Positions 51,520 through 63,317 of a stretch of 64,000 bases of DNA are shown here, piece after piece. The stretch comes from Eledone cirrhosa (lineage: Eukaryota), in contig OZ024740.1 of the NCBI GenBank assembly GCA_964016885.1, positions 396,986,001-397,050,000 on the forward strand, in the 5' to 3' direction. Made by a program: the position numbers and the translations under genes. The notes beneath the pieces are model-generated. The model was not told the DNA's origin, ran no database searches, and saw nothing but the letters and a program-made list of their open reading frames with translations. Numbering within the stretch: the stretch's first letter is position 1; every line of letters starts with the position of its first letter.

Positions 51520-52870
51520 AACAACTTGTGCCACACATCATAAAGTGTAAAGTGAATAAATTCATAGCACCCCCAACACATTTTGTTGAAAAAATATAAT
51601 GAAAACATGGCAAACTCTGTAGGGGAAATTAATAGCTTTAATATGGAAGCTTAAAATGTTGAGTGAAAAACTTCATTATCGGAAAAATATACTATGCGCA
51701 AGCATTAATCACAAATTTGCTTCTAATCCCCAACCTGCATACTTGAGGATGAAGAAGGAAAATAACATTTTTGTAATAGTAAGACCCACACAGGAAGATG
51801 TTATATAATTTCAGTCTAAAATCTGAAATGAAAAGAAAAATTTAAACCAGAATGCCTCAATGAAAAAAGATTATATCAACTTTGAGAGTGAAACTTATAT
51901 AATCGACCTTTCATCAAAACTGGGGGAAAACTACATAATAGAATCTGATAGTTGGATACTAGTGCAAAAAGTTTGTCCTATAGAAAGTCACTAAGAACTA
52001 TGGAGGCCACCTTGACATACTAAATTGACTTACTATAGCATGTACAAATCTCATAGCCAAGAATGAAAATACTGATTTATCAGAAAATTATAGACCCATT
52101 ATTAATCTAAACATTATGTAAAAACTTTACTTAAGCTGTCTCAACCAATTTGTTCAAAATCAATGCAAGTCTAAAATATAGTGGCTGATAAACAGGCAGA
52201 TGGAAATAAGGAAGTGTGGGTATGTGCTGAACAACTTTTGATAAATATAGCTGTAGTCTGAAGTTGATAATACCTTAGAAACTGTGTGACAATGTAGCTT
52301 GATTACAGAAAAGTATTTTATTCTATTCATCATCAATAATTACTGGAGTCCCTGCAGTACCTCCTGACTTAGTCACTGCCTTTCAAAAGTTCACAAAGCT
52401 CTGGTCAACAATCTAAACATTTGAAACTGAAAGTTGAATTATTGTCTTCGATATTATAAATATTTCAAGTGGACAGCCTCTCTGTGCTTCCGTTTATTTT
52501 GAGCACTAAATTTTCTGTTATTTCTTTTAGAAAGATCGAGTGGTTATGTCCTAGGGTCTAAAATAGGAAGATATTTCGATTTAACCCAGCTGTGTTTAAT
52601 AACGCCATTTACAACTGACATAAGGATGGAATTTGTTCAAAAGAGATGTTCATATTTGATAGTTGAATACAGAAAAACTGTTTCCCAAAACCAGAACCTT
52701 TGCCTCCATGGGCCCTCTATCTCTCCCGTTTCACATGACGAATTTTGTAAATACCTAGACATGGATAAATTATACAAAGATACTCTGAACAAAAATAGAG
52801 TAAAAAATATTACAGCAGTTTAAAAAAATATGGCAGCCAAAGCTTTCTTCTTACAATAAGATGCAAACAA
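51520..52870 (+). mobile_element. Degraded R4/Dong-like LINE RT remnant
   Basis: Broken-frame motifs ENYRPIINLNIM, EQLLIN, LDYRKVFYSIHH, DSLSVLPFI, FCKYLD. Confidence 0.65.
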
Positions 52871-53043
52871 AGGAGAGAACCTTTGTAGTCTGAGTTGATT
52901 CAAATTTTGAAGGAGATTTTTAGGCAATGTAGTGGAAGTAGACCTTGTCTTTTGATTTTAACATCAATTAATATGAAAAGCAAATGATACCCTACTAATT
53001 ATTGTGCAATATTGTTATATATATGTATATATTGATACATATA

Positions 53044-53703
53044 TACGAGGTACATTCAAGGTGTTTTGAGACTTTCTTTTAATTGACCTACATAACTGTC
53101 ACTCTATTACATCCTTATAATAAGCTAATATGCCAAGAGGCAGAGTGCCCAGTGGAAACATTCTGACTTCCCAAGACCCCAAAAAGAAACCAGGTAAAGC
53201 AGATCCACTGGGAAGCTCATGATGATACCACTCTTCAACAGCAAGGGCATCATCTACCTCCACAGCTAGACAGTCACCAAAGAGTACTATGTAGAGGTTT
53301 TGAGGCAGTTAAAAAGAAATTTTGCCACAAGAGACCAAAACTCTTCAAGTCTGGTAAGTGGCACCTGCACCAGGACAATGCCCTCTGCCACAAATCCATC
53401 CTAGTGACCAACTACTTTGCCGATATGGGGATCAAGACTGTCCCTCATCCTCCCTATAGTTCAGACTTAGCTCATGTGACTTCTGGGAGAAGCCCAGGGG
53501 TATCTGCTTTGAGGATGTAGAGAAGATGAAGGAGGCTGTGACAAATGCCCGGATACCTTCACTTTGGAGGACTTTGAGGGGCCTTCCAGAAGTGGCTGAA
53601 GTGCTACAAGTGCATTGAAGTTGTAGGATCCTATTTTGAGGGAGAATAGAGTTTTGTGTCGATCTGAGTTAAATAAATGTCTCTTTTATAACAGTCTCAA
53701 AAC
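53044..53703 (+). mobile_element. Internally deleted mariner (DD34D) transposon; right TIR truncated
   Basis: Left end TACGAGG...GTTTTGAGACT, right AGTCTCAAAAC. Translation WHLHQDNALCHKSILVTNYFADMGIKTVPHPPYSSDLA and ...YFEGE*. Confidence 0.88.
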
Positions 53704-53756
53704 CTCTCTCTCTCTCTCTCATATATATCATCATCATCATCTTCATCATCATCATT

Positions 53757-55898
53757 TTACGTCCGCTTTTCCCTGCTTGCAAGGGTGGGACGGGTCTTAT
53801 TCAGCACAGCATCTCTCCACTCGTCACGGTCCCTCGTCATCTCCACCGTGAGCTTCAATGATCTGAGGTCTGTTCTCACCACCTCCGCCCATGTTTTTCG
53901 TGGTCTACCTCTACCACGTCTTCCTTCAACTGGCATTTCCTGGCACTTCTTCACCCATCGGTCATCCTCCATGCGCATCACATGTCCATACCACCTCAGT
54001 CTCCTCTCCCGTACACTACATTCTATCCCTCTCAGACACAGTTTCTCTCTCAACACATGTATGCTGGGTCGTTCACGCACATTGACACTGCACATCCAAC
54101 GGAGCATGCTTGCCTCATTTCTCTCCAGCCGTCGCATATCCTCTGCGGTTGCTGCCCATGTCTCACTACCATGCAGCATCGCGCTCCTCACACAGGCATC
54201 ATACAACCGGCCTTTCGTACGCAGGGAGAAACCCTTCTTCGTCAACAGAGGAAGCAGCTCCCTAAACTTCTTCCAACCCGTCCTTATTCTAGATACTATG
54301 GCCTCGGAACACCCTTCTCCTATGCTAATCTGATCTCCTAGGTACCGGAAGCTATCCACCACTTCTATAGCGCCCTCTCGCATTTGAAAAATGTGTCTAT
54401 CAGTGCGACTTCTACTGTCTAATTTCCCTGTACATCTACTGCATACATATTTCTCCCTACCTGTTAGTTTGCCTGCTATCCCGCTACATCTCTTGTGTAC
54501 CCAGGACCTGCATTGTGTGCATTTTATAGAATTTATGCCAGTTCCTTTTCTGCATATCGAACATGGCCATTTCCCTGACGGAATCAGGGTTTTGTCCTCT
54601 TTTCTACTCAACACTTTTGTCTTAGCTAGATTTACTCTCAGTCCTCTTGCTTCCAACTGCTGTTTCCATAGCCGGAATTTATTCTCTAGCTCCTCTACTG
54701 ATTCTGCCATAAGAGCCAGATCGTCAGCATAGAGAAGTTCCCATGGACACCCAGTCTTAAACTCCTCTGTTATGGCTTGGAGGACTATAATGAACAAGAG
54801 TGGGCTGAGGACCGAACCCTGATGCACTCCTACTTGTATCTGGAATTCCTCACTAAACTCCATTCCTACCCTGACTTTACTGAGAGTACCTCTGTACAAA
54901 GTTTGCACTGTCCTCACAAGCCATTCCTCAACACCCAGCTTCCTTAGGGACCACCAGATGACAGATCGGGGTACCCTATCAAAGGCCTTCTCTAGGTCAA
55001 CAAAGGCTAAGTATAGTGGCTTATTCTTCTCTAAGAACCTCTCTTGCATTTGTCTCACCAAGAAGAGGGCATCTGTTGTACTCTTCCCAGGCACAAAACC
55101 AAACTGCATCTCATCTAGTTTGACCCTTTCTCTAATTAGTTGTGCTAAAATCCTTTCTGCCACTTTCATAACCTGATCTATCAGTTTTATACCCCTATAA
55201 TTGCTCCTCTCCAAAGCATCCCCTTTACCTTTGTAGCAATTTATGAGAATACTGCTGCACCAGTCTTTGGGTATGACACCACCATATATAGCCTGATTGA
55301 TTATGCGTGCAACCAGTTTAGTGCCTACGTCCCCTGATGCCTTCAGCATCTCAGCAACTATTCCCGATGGTCCGGCCGCCTTACCATTTTTCATTTCCCT
55401 AATCGCCTCTTGGACCCTATATTCGTCAATCTCAATAGCTGGTCCCTCTGTCGGATCTACCAAGGGTAATTTCTCTCTCTCCCATTCGTTCTCCACAGTC
55501 ATCAGTATCTCATAATGACATTTCCAGGCCTCCTTTTTCTGGTCATTCGTGACACTAAGTACACCGGCATCATCCCGGACACATTTATCACCAACAACAT
55601 CCTGATTTGCATTGACACACTGCCTTGCAATGTGGAACACCGCACACCTCTGATCTTCCCGTCGCAGAACATTGGCAAACCTCCTACTCTCTGCCTCCCT
55701 GCGTGCTAAGTACACCTGACGTCTAGCTTCTCTCTTAGTGGCTGTATATTCTTCCCTACTCCCACCCTTTTTCCAAGCCTTCCATGCTAGTCTTTTGTCT
55801 CTAATAGCCTTATCTACTGTGCTGTTCCACCACCAGGTCACTCTCTGTCTGGTTGGAGCTCTGCTCCAGCCACAGGTTTCATCAGTAGCCTGCAGCAA
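53757..55898 (-). CDS. Reverse transcriptase of the RTE LINE (713-aa uninterrupted piece) with internal C4HC3 PHD-like finger
   Basis: KAAGPSG, NYRGI, QFGF, FVDLEKAFD, QGSVLSP, YADD, KTKV, CSIC..CTQC..WVHKRC..CSRC, SFRYLG, RRLRWYGH, RGRGRPRKTW. Confidence 0.93.
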   Translation of the reverse strand: MLQATDETCGWSRAPTRQRVTWWWNSTVDKAIRDKRLAWKAWKKGGSREEYTATKREARRQVYLARREAESRRFANVLRREDQRCAVFHIARQCVNANQDVVGDKCVRDDAGVLSVTNDQKKEAWKCHYEILMTVENEWEREKLPLVDPTEGPAIEIDEYRVQEAIREMKNGKAAGPSGIVAEMLKASGDVGTKLVARIINQAIYGGVIPKDWCSSILINCYKGKGDALERSNYRGIKLIDQVMKVAERILAQLIRERVKLDEMQFGFVPGKSTTDALFLVRQMQERFLEKNKPLYLAFVDLEKAFDRVPRSVIWWSLRKLGVEEWLVRTVQTLYRGTLSKVRVGMEFSEEFQIQVGVHQGSVLSPLLFIIVLQAITEEFKTGCPWELLYADDLALMAESVEELENKFRLWKQQLEARGLRVNLAKTKVLSRKEDKTLIPSGKWPCSICRKGTGINSIKCTQCRSWVHKRCSGIAGKLTGREKYVCSRCTGKLDSRSRTDRHIFQMREGAIEVVDSFRYLGDQISIGEGCSEAIVSRIRTGWKKFRELLPLLTKKGFSLRTKGRLYDACVRSAMLHGSETWAATAEDMRRLERNEASMLRWMCSVNVRERPSIHVLREKLCLRGIECSVRERRLRWYGHVMRMEDDRWVKKCQEMPVEGRRGRGRPRKTWAEVVRTDLRSLKLTVEMTRDRDEWRDAVLNKTRPTLASREKRT

Positions 55899-56097
55899 GT
55901 TGTCACGTAAGAACTTCCAGTTATTATCTATGTCATACGTCTCTAAATCGTCTTCTTTTTCGTCCTATACATCTTGAAGGGCTTTCCTAAATTTGAATTT
56001 TAGTGAAAGGTCTTTTAGCTTCCAGACCTTTCTTCTCCACACCTTCCTATATGTCTCATTCCATCTCTTGCTTACTGAGATATCACTAACAACTAAC

Positions 56098-56823
56098 CTA
56101 TGCTGTGGGGGTACATTCTTCCCCAGGGTATGCCTTGGTATTAGACACTATCTGCCTGTCCCGCTGCCTAACTAGCAGGAAGTCAATCTGGCTTATGTGC
56201 TCACCAGATTTGTAGGTTATTAGGTGATTGGCAGGTTTCTGGAAGTTTGTGTTGCAAATAGTCAATGTACTTGCATCACAAAATTCAAGAAGTCTCACTC
56301 CTTCTTCATTTCTTGAACCGTAACCGTGCCCACCATATACCCCAGTGTAACCATCCTGGAGCTGTCCAACATGACCATTGAAGTCTCCTGCTAGCATAAC
56401 GATGTCTCCGTCCTCTGTCATTGTGGTTGTTTGCAAAAGTTGCTCATAAAAGCAGTCTTTCTCATCTTTGCCTAGGCCTGCTTGGGGAGCATAGACCGAG
56501 ATGATTGTCAGTAGTCTCCTACCTACAACTAATCTAAGCTTAATTATTCGATTACTAACTCGAACTACCTCTATTGTCTTATTGATCCATTTCTCAGCCA
56601 GGAAAATGCCTACTCCCCCTAACCCATCATCCTTACCTACCCAGAATAGCCTATAGCTAAGACGCTTGCCTACGACTAGTCTCGCAGAGGCACCTCTCCA
56701 TCTCACCTCTTGCACGCAGCACACATCCACCTGCCTTCTCTCCAGCAACTCCGCTATTTCAGCAGATCTACCTCTGAGAGTGCCAACATTAAGTGTTGCA
56801 ACTCTGAGATGCGACGTCTTCAT
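56098..56823 (-). CDS. APE-like endonuclease domain of the RTE LINE (N-terminal ORF piece)
   Basis: LRVATLNV, VCCVQE, GVG, SVYAP, GDFNGH, SQIDF motifs. Confidence 0.9.
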   Translation of the reverse strand: MKTSHLRVATLNVGTLRGRSAEIAELLERRQVDVCCVQEVRWRGASARLVVGKRLSYRLFWVGKDDGLGGVGIFLAEKWINKTIEVVRVSNRIIKLRLVVGRRLLTIISVYAPQAGLGKDEKDCFYEQLLQTTTMTEDGDIVMLAGDFNGHVGQLQDGYTGVYGGHGYGSRNEEGVRLLEFCDASTLTICNTNFQKPANHLITYKSGEHISQIDFLLVRQRDRQIVSNTKAYPGEECTPTA

Positions 56824-57229
56824 ATTTTTCTATGCTGTTTTGTTGCTGTGCTGATAAGCTTTTTGGCATTGATACACTGGTTGGATGCCCTTCCTAACAC
56901 CAGCACCACTTTACAGCATGGACTGGGTGCTTTTATTTGTGCCACTAGAGAGGATGTCTTACTAGACTCAAGGGCCCTCTCTACCCCTCCATTTTACAGC
57001 ATGGTCATTAAAAAAAAAAAAAAAAAACAAACTTATTGACACGACTCACACACCAATACTCATGCATACAAACCACAACCACACATACCAACACTCATTC
57101 ATGCATACAATCACACACACCACTCACAAACATATATATATAAATATATTACCGACAGTACTGATACAAAATCAAAATCGTCAAAATCACTATCATGTCA
57201 ACTGTTGACCTTTCCCAGTCCAGTTCGGC

Positions 57230-57675
57230 TTGTATATAATAACAATAACAATAATAATTGTTTGCTTTACGCTGGTAATGGCGGTGGTGGATGGTGTCAG
57301 TGTGGTGGTGGTGGATGGTATCAGCGTGGTGGTGGTGGATGGTCAGTGATGGTGGTGGCAGTTGTTGGTGCTGTAGTTGTTATTGTAGTTGTTGTCGTTG
57401 TTGCTGTTGTTGTTGTCCTTCATTTCACTGCTGCTGTTGCTGCAGACAATGGTGTTGATGCTGTTATTGCTGTCGCATATATACAAATACATACATACAC
57501 ACACTTACAACACAGACGATGGTGTTGTTGCTGTTGTTGTTGTTGTTGGTGTTGGTGTTGCTGCTGTTGTTGTAGTTGTTGCTGTGTTGAAATCTGGTCG
57601 CATCCACTGAGATATACATATACACATATGTATATACACATACATACATATATGTATATACACATACATACATCA
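57230..57675. repeat. Mixed GGT/GTT/GCT and TA/CA low-complexity tract
   Basis: Directly visible; source of the poly-C, poly-Q and poly-V ORFs. Confidence 0.85.
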
Positions 57676-57910
57676 AAAGAGAGTCAGCAGTATGTCAACA
57701 GGGGACAGGACAGCGACCTTAGAGTAATGTGTTGATGGTGGGGAGCGAGTGTAGGCGTTATTGTTATTGTTATAGATGTTACAAGTTCATAGATCACTTC
57801 TCTCTTTTCCTCTCTCTTCAAAATTTTGAATTTATGGCCTTTTGCAATGACGGACAAGTATATATAATATATATATATGAAGCAAAGAAAAGAAAATTTT
57901 CACTGATATG

Positions 57911-58177
57911 AAAGATTTCCTGGTAGAAGTTCAGGTGTATTCAGTGATTGGTATCCAGTTTCGGGGTATCCAATTAGAAAATCCAACGAATCTTTAAGAG
58001 GGGTCCACGCAAGCATTGATATATATATATATATATATATATAAAAAAAAATGCAAGCAGAAATAACAACGAAAGATTTCCTGGTAGAGGTTCAGGTGTA
58101 TTCAGTGTTGGTATCCAGTGTCGGAGTATCCAATTAGAAAATCCAACGAATTTTTGAGAGGGGTCCACGCAAGCATA
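57911..58177. repeat. Direct duplication of a ~107-bp unit separated by (TA)n
   Basis: GAAAGATTTCCTGGTAGA...GGGGTCCACGCAAGCAT at 57911 and 58071; AATGCAAGCAGAAATAACAAC also repeated (58050, 58207). Confidence 0.9.
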
Positions 58178-58458
58178 TATATAGATATATATATGTATAT
58201 ATGCAAAATGCAAGCAGAAATAACAACACATATACTAATGAACATACATTAAACACAGAGGGACTGTAAATGATAATAGCAATATCTAGATATAAATATA
58301 TAAATGTACATATCTCTATTGGTCTCATAAATTTTAAATTTTCTCTTTCCTCTTGTGTGTGTGTGTAGCAACACGTGGTTGTGTGTTGCTGCTGACTCTA
58401 GCAGAGCCCAAGAAAATACGTCTTACCCTAACAACCGCTGCTCCCTATCTATATATAT

Positions 58459-58646
58459 AATGAAGGAAGTGTGGTAAGGAACCAGGTGGACCAAAACGCA
58501 CCAGAGTACTTGATACTTTGGGTAGTAGAGTGGGTAATAGGAAAAGGTTCATGACCCCGACGGCAGAGCTCAAGCCATTTCGACTATTTCCAGAAATAGC
58601 TGTCAAAACGGCTTGAGCTCTGCCGTCGGGGTCCTGAACCTTTTCC
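58459..58646 (-). mobile_element. Family H hairpin element, copy 3
   Basis: Near-perfect ~105-bp palindrome at 58540-58646; TCTATATATATAA occurs on both sides. Confidence 0.8.
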
Positions 58647-61600
58647 TCTCTCTCTCTCTATATATATAAGAACATAAAAATAGATGTTGTATAGAGAAAC
58701 TTAAAATTCAAAGATATTCAAAAGCAATAGTTAAGGCTCTATAGCTATGATGATCTAAACATGCAGTCAAGACATCAAATATCAGAAAAGTCCAACATCA
58801 GGAAAATAAATTTTATTCCTGGAATTTTACCCATTAAGTATTATGAAATCAAAGATTTCCTTGTTTGAATTATATATAATGGATTAATATGAAAGGATGA
58901 AGAAAATCTTTCATATTCTTTTGTTAGTTAATCCTCTTTACTGAGTATTTCTAGATAATCTCCAAAGATTTCAAATGACAATATCATACATATGTTCATA
59001 CACACACTGTTTAGTCCATATCTATTTCTTCCAATTTTACACTTCTTCTGTATCACATCTTTACACATGTACAATGCTTACAAAATCATAATGTTAACTG
59101 TACAATTATAAATATATGCATAAATACATGCTATGTATATATACATGCAATGCATATATACAATCATACTCATTTATACATGTAGACATAAGTGCACATA
59201 AAGAAAATAGAACAAGTTATTCTTCGATTTACCATTATTACTGCACTGCTGCAGTCTAATATTTGTTCTTAAGATATCAAATATCTAAATTGTTACCTTA
59301 ATCCAATACATGCCCTCACATCTGCATGACATAAGAAGCAATGTTCATGGCTAATTAGTGGAGAGAACATTTTTGCACTAGGTGTACAGCAAACCCTGCT
59401 ATGAATCAATTAAGCCTTGCAGGTTTAACCTATTGTTAAACATAACAGTGTTCCACTATGTCTCAGCCAGTCAGCTGAACAGATAAAACAGTAAAAGAGT
59501 AACAATAAAAGGAGCCACAATATAGTTACTTAACCTGCTAAATATAGCAACAAAATTCCCCTTAAATTTTATCATCTTAAGAAAGGAAGATCTGACTAGA
59601 TAATGTAGTCCTGGATATGTTGTCAGAAATTAAGATGGAACACATAATCAGAATTAATCTAGGAGCCTAAACAACGACAACAGCTTATTCCTAATTAGAA
59701 GTCATAAAGTAATATTAGTTTCACTGGTAGGGCTGAAAGCAGAGTGAATGTCTAGAAGAAGGAAGATCAATTAGAGATACACCAGACTAATTAATTAAAA
59801 ATAAACAGACATATTTAAAAAATGTCTAGGTATGAAAAGAAATAGCAAATGTGGCTTTTGTTATAAAATACTTGGCAGGTTGATAATGTATTGTTCAGTC
59901 AGCAAGCTAATTGTAATTAGATGGGTATGTTGTCCCAAGAATTTACAGGGAATGGTTTCTGCCCCTATTTTAGAAAATGGGATTGAAAGTATGTTATAAG
60001 AACTACATTATTATGTTTTCTCTCTCCAGACTCAGTTCCGATCAATTTGTTTGATCCTTATTATTGCAAGCAGTTTTCGCCATAGACAATTTTTTCATAA
60101 CTAATAATCAGAAAGAATCCAAATGAAATATGAATCCTGAGAACATTAGCCAGTATTTCTTCTCTCACTCCAGAAAGTCATCCAACAACCGACACAAAGA
60201 AAATATAACAATATACATAGACAACTTGGTAAAAAAGAAAAACATTCTGAATGAAAACAGCAATGACAATGAGAACTAAAATTGTGCTAACATCTTTGCT
60301 AATGATGATGATGATGATGATGATGATGATGGCATTGATGATGGCAATGATGATAATGATGACAGCTGCCTGGAACACACATCATTGAATATACTGCATT
60401 CTTCCTTACTGAACATAATTGTGTATCCATCAGTGAAACATCTGTATGATTTGCTGCCAAACAAATAATATCCTTTGCCACTTGATAGTTTATATTATGA
60501 ATTGGAAACTGAAAACGTGTCACCCCGGAAAACAATATTTTAACCACCACTGAACACAAAATTGCTTTCTGCCCAAATCTAATGTATCAACTTCAAATGA
60601 CTGATAACAAACCTGTTGATGTGAAATACTTAGATTTCCATAAAATCTAGTAAATTATTGTATTTAACAACTAATTGAATGAAAATCTGTTAGTGACACT
60701 GCTATATTAGATTATTAAAACAATTGAATAATAGTCAACATATCTTTTACATATATCTTATAAAGAACATTTTATTGAATTTATCCAAACAATCAGATAG
60801 TAGTAACTGCACAAATTTATACGTCCTATAAAATCAGATGCAATGTTGTATTTGTCTATAATTTTATACATTTTGTAAATGAATAATTGCATTGTTCATG
60901 AATCAAGTTTATTTAAGTTTCCCTATTTAGCACAAATGTAACATGTTGGTAATATTCCAATTTTTCTTATTACATTTTAGTCTGGGAAAAAGTAGCAACC
61001 TCCTTATTATATTGTAACTCCTTAGGACTGTTCAGGTCAATATGGTTAGTGACCAGCTTAAATTTCTGCCAATGATTAGGAAGATGAGTGTTTCAGTTGT
61101 TTAGTTAATGGCTTTGTTGTTAAATTAATGTGAGTGGCTTAGTATTTTATAGATATATGTACCAATTCATAACTTACAGGAGAATGCTGTGTAATACTGG
61201 CCTTTTCAATTAGAGGTAGATCCCATTTGATGGGCTTCCAAACTGTTTCTGTCGACCAAAAATCAATTGTGACAATCCTGCATTTTTAGGGATATCAAGG
61301 TCTATCATTATCTTATATGTCCTTCCTTTTTTTAAGATAGTAGGATAAAATTTGAAGGAGATTTAGCTGCTATTTTTACTAGATAAATGGACTGCATAGA
61401 GGATCCCTTCATTTTAGATGCAGTAGTCTTAATATTTCTATGGAAGACACACTGGAATAAGTTCCATATTTTCTGCTCATAATGCCTAACATAAGGAAGG
61501 ATGAAAAAGAAATGAAGTATTCATACTAGGCATGGCTGAATTATTAAGAAGTTTGTTTTGCAATCATCTGATTCTAGGTTTGATTCAATTGTGTTGAACC

Positions 61601-62482
61601 TTGAAGGTGTCTTCTTCCATAGACTCAGGTGAACCCATACCGGAGTGAAATTGTATGGAAACCTATTGTATAGATTATAACTGTTACTAGCTGGTAGACT
61701 TAATCTGTCATATGCTTTAATATCACAACTAAGTTCTTGAGTGTTTTTAGCAGAGTCAATTCTGTCACGAGTATTCTAACCAGTTCTCCAATAAAGATAA
61801 CTTACTCCATTTTTCCAACCACTCTCACTCAGAAGTTCTTCAAAAAGTCATGAGTGCTGCTCTTCCCTTTTTGACTAGGCCATAAAAAACACAAAACACA
61901 CAGAGAATTAGCTAAAACTAAAAATTACAATAAAATCAAGTATCAATTATAATATCACAGATAGCCCCCAGAATGATAGATTTGAGAACAACACAGTTAG
62001 TTAACCAAAATCAGTCATGAACTTTACTTCTCAATTGTATCTATTTCCAGTAAAATTAAATGAACCTGAGAAGGTTGTGCGTTTTTGCATGGAACACAGA
62101 TAATAAATTATTAAGCCATGAGTCAGTAAACTAATAACATAACTCAGTCTATGAGAATCTCTGAAAACTACGAGTTAACAATCCTCAGGCTAACAACTCA
62201 AAAAATAATGTTGATCATAAAGTCAGAAGCTGAAATTCATTAATCTTTCAGATTCATCATAAAACAGAATTGAGAATGAATACTGTCACTTTATTGAACA
62301 ATGCCAGAAACAAGCTGATATATATAGAATCTGCGATGTAATGTCTAACAGTCTCTTTACTTAGCTTTCTCTCTCACTCACTTTAGCTTTCTCTTTCCCT
62401 GTATGTCTTATACCTATGATATATATCTTTCTTTGTATGTGGTATACCTATGATATACTGTATATATATAATATATATATAT

Positions 62483-62820
62483 CATTGTTTAATGTTCACT
62501 TTCCCTGCTCGCAAGAGTTGGATAGGTCTGCATCTCACATACAGCCGCAAGTGCACCAGCACAAGAGGGGATGAGTTTCATGATTTTGACAACTGAATGG
62601 TCCTCCCAACCCATTGTTTGGCAAGATTTCTATGGCTGAATACCCTTCCTATCACCAACCACTTTGCAGTGTGTACTGGGTGCATTTATCATGTAGATCA
62701 CCGACGCTCGGGAGGCTGTCTTGTCTTTGACACAACTGAAGTGTCCTCCCAACCATTTGTTTAGTAAGCTTTCTACAGCTGGATGCCTTCCCTATCACCA
62801 ACCACTTTACAGTTTTAGTC
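62483..62820 (-). mobile_element. RTE-derived non-autonomous fragment with internal duplication of the GGATGCC.TTCCTA.CACCAACCACTTT motif
   Basis: Tail-like TCATTGTTTAATGTTCACTTTCCCTGCTCGCAAG; the motif occurs at about 62635 and 62780. Confidence 0.65.
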
Positions 62821-62905
62821 CTGTAGAAGTCGTTTCTGTGTAAAAAACACACACATGTACACATATAATTATCTATGACTATCTCTCTTTCTTTATAATA
62901 TATAC

Positions 62906-63317
62906 CATATCATCATCATCATCATCATCACCGTTTTACGTCCGTTCTTCCACGCTAGCATGGGTTAGACGGGTTGTCCTGTTGTGGGCAGTGTCTGGTC
63001 GGCTGACCATGCCTTGCTCATACAGGAACTGATCTGGCTTGATTTCTACAGCTGGATGCCCTTCCTAACACCAACCTCATTTACAGTGAGTGCTGGGTGC
63101 TTTTTCGTGGCGCCTACACGTCCACTTTACAGTGTGGGCTGGGTGCTTTTTTGCCGTGGCACCTCCACGACCACCTTGCGGTGGGGGGGGGGGCATATTG
63201 TTTATATGCTTCAGCATGTACCCATGGGAGGTCGGGTACCCTGTATTACTGCGTGACGCCAGAAGTCACGGTCGTGTGTCATTGACTTTGAGAGGTGTAG
63301 TTGGGTAAGGTCGGCTT
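62906..63317 (-). mobile_element. Young 5'-truncated RTE family A copy (3' UTR plus ORF end)
   Basis: Matches 36225-36648 in reverse and retains many CpGs. Confidence 0.93.

Larger units (their letters stand above)
53727..57010 (-). mobile_element. Near-intact full-length RTE-clade LINE (family B)
   Basis: EN ORF 56098-56823 and RT ORF 53757-55898, separated by frame disruptions at about 55900-56100; ORF stop abuts the (GAT)n tail; 5' UTR about 56824-57010. Confidence 0.97.

Noticed and set aside
53785-55977. Plus-strand ORFs overlapping the LINE
   Set aside because: Antisense shadows of the RT ORF.
57205-57735. 176-aa ORF with Val-rich and poly-Cys stretches, and the antisense poly-Gln ORF
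   Set aside because: Translation of trinucleotide microsatellites.
57911-58177. Hammerhead on the minus strand of the duplicated unit (CCGAAACTGGATACCAATC)
   Set aside because: No CUGANGA, no clear stem II, and GAAAC is absent from the second copy.
60250-60560. Poly-Met, poly-Asp and poly-His ORFs, one resembling a signal peptide
   Set aside because: Driven by a (GAT)n tract; frames are short or contain stops; no recognisable homology.
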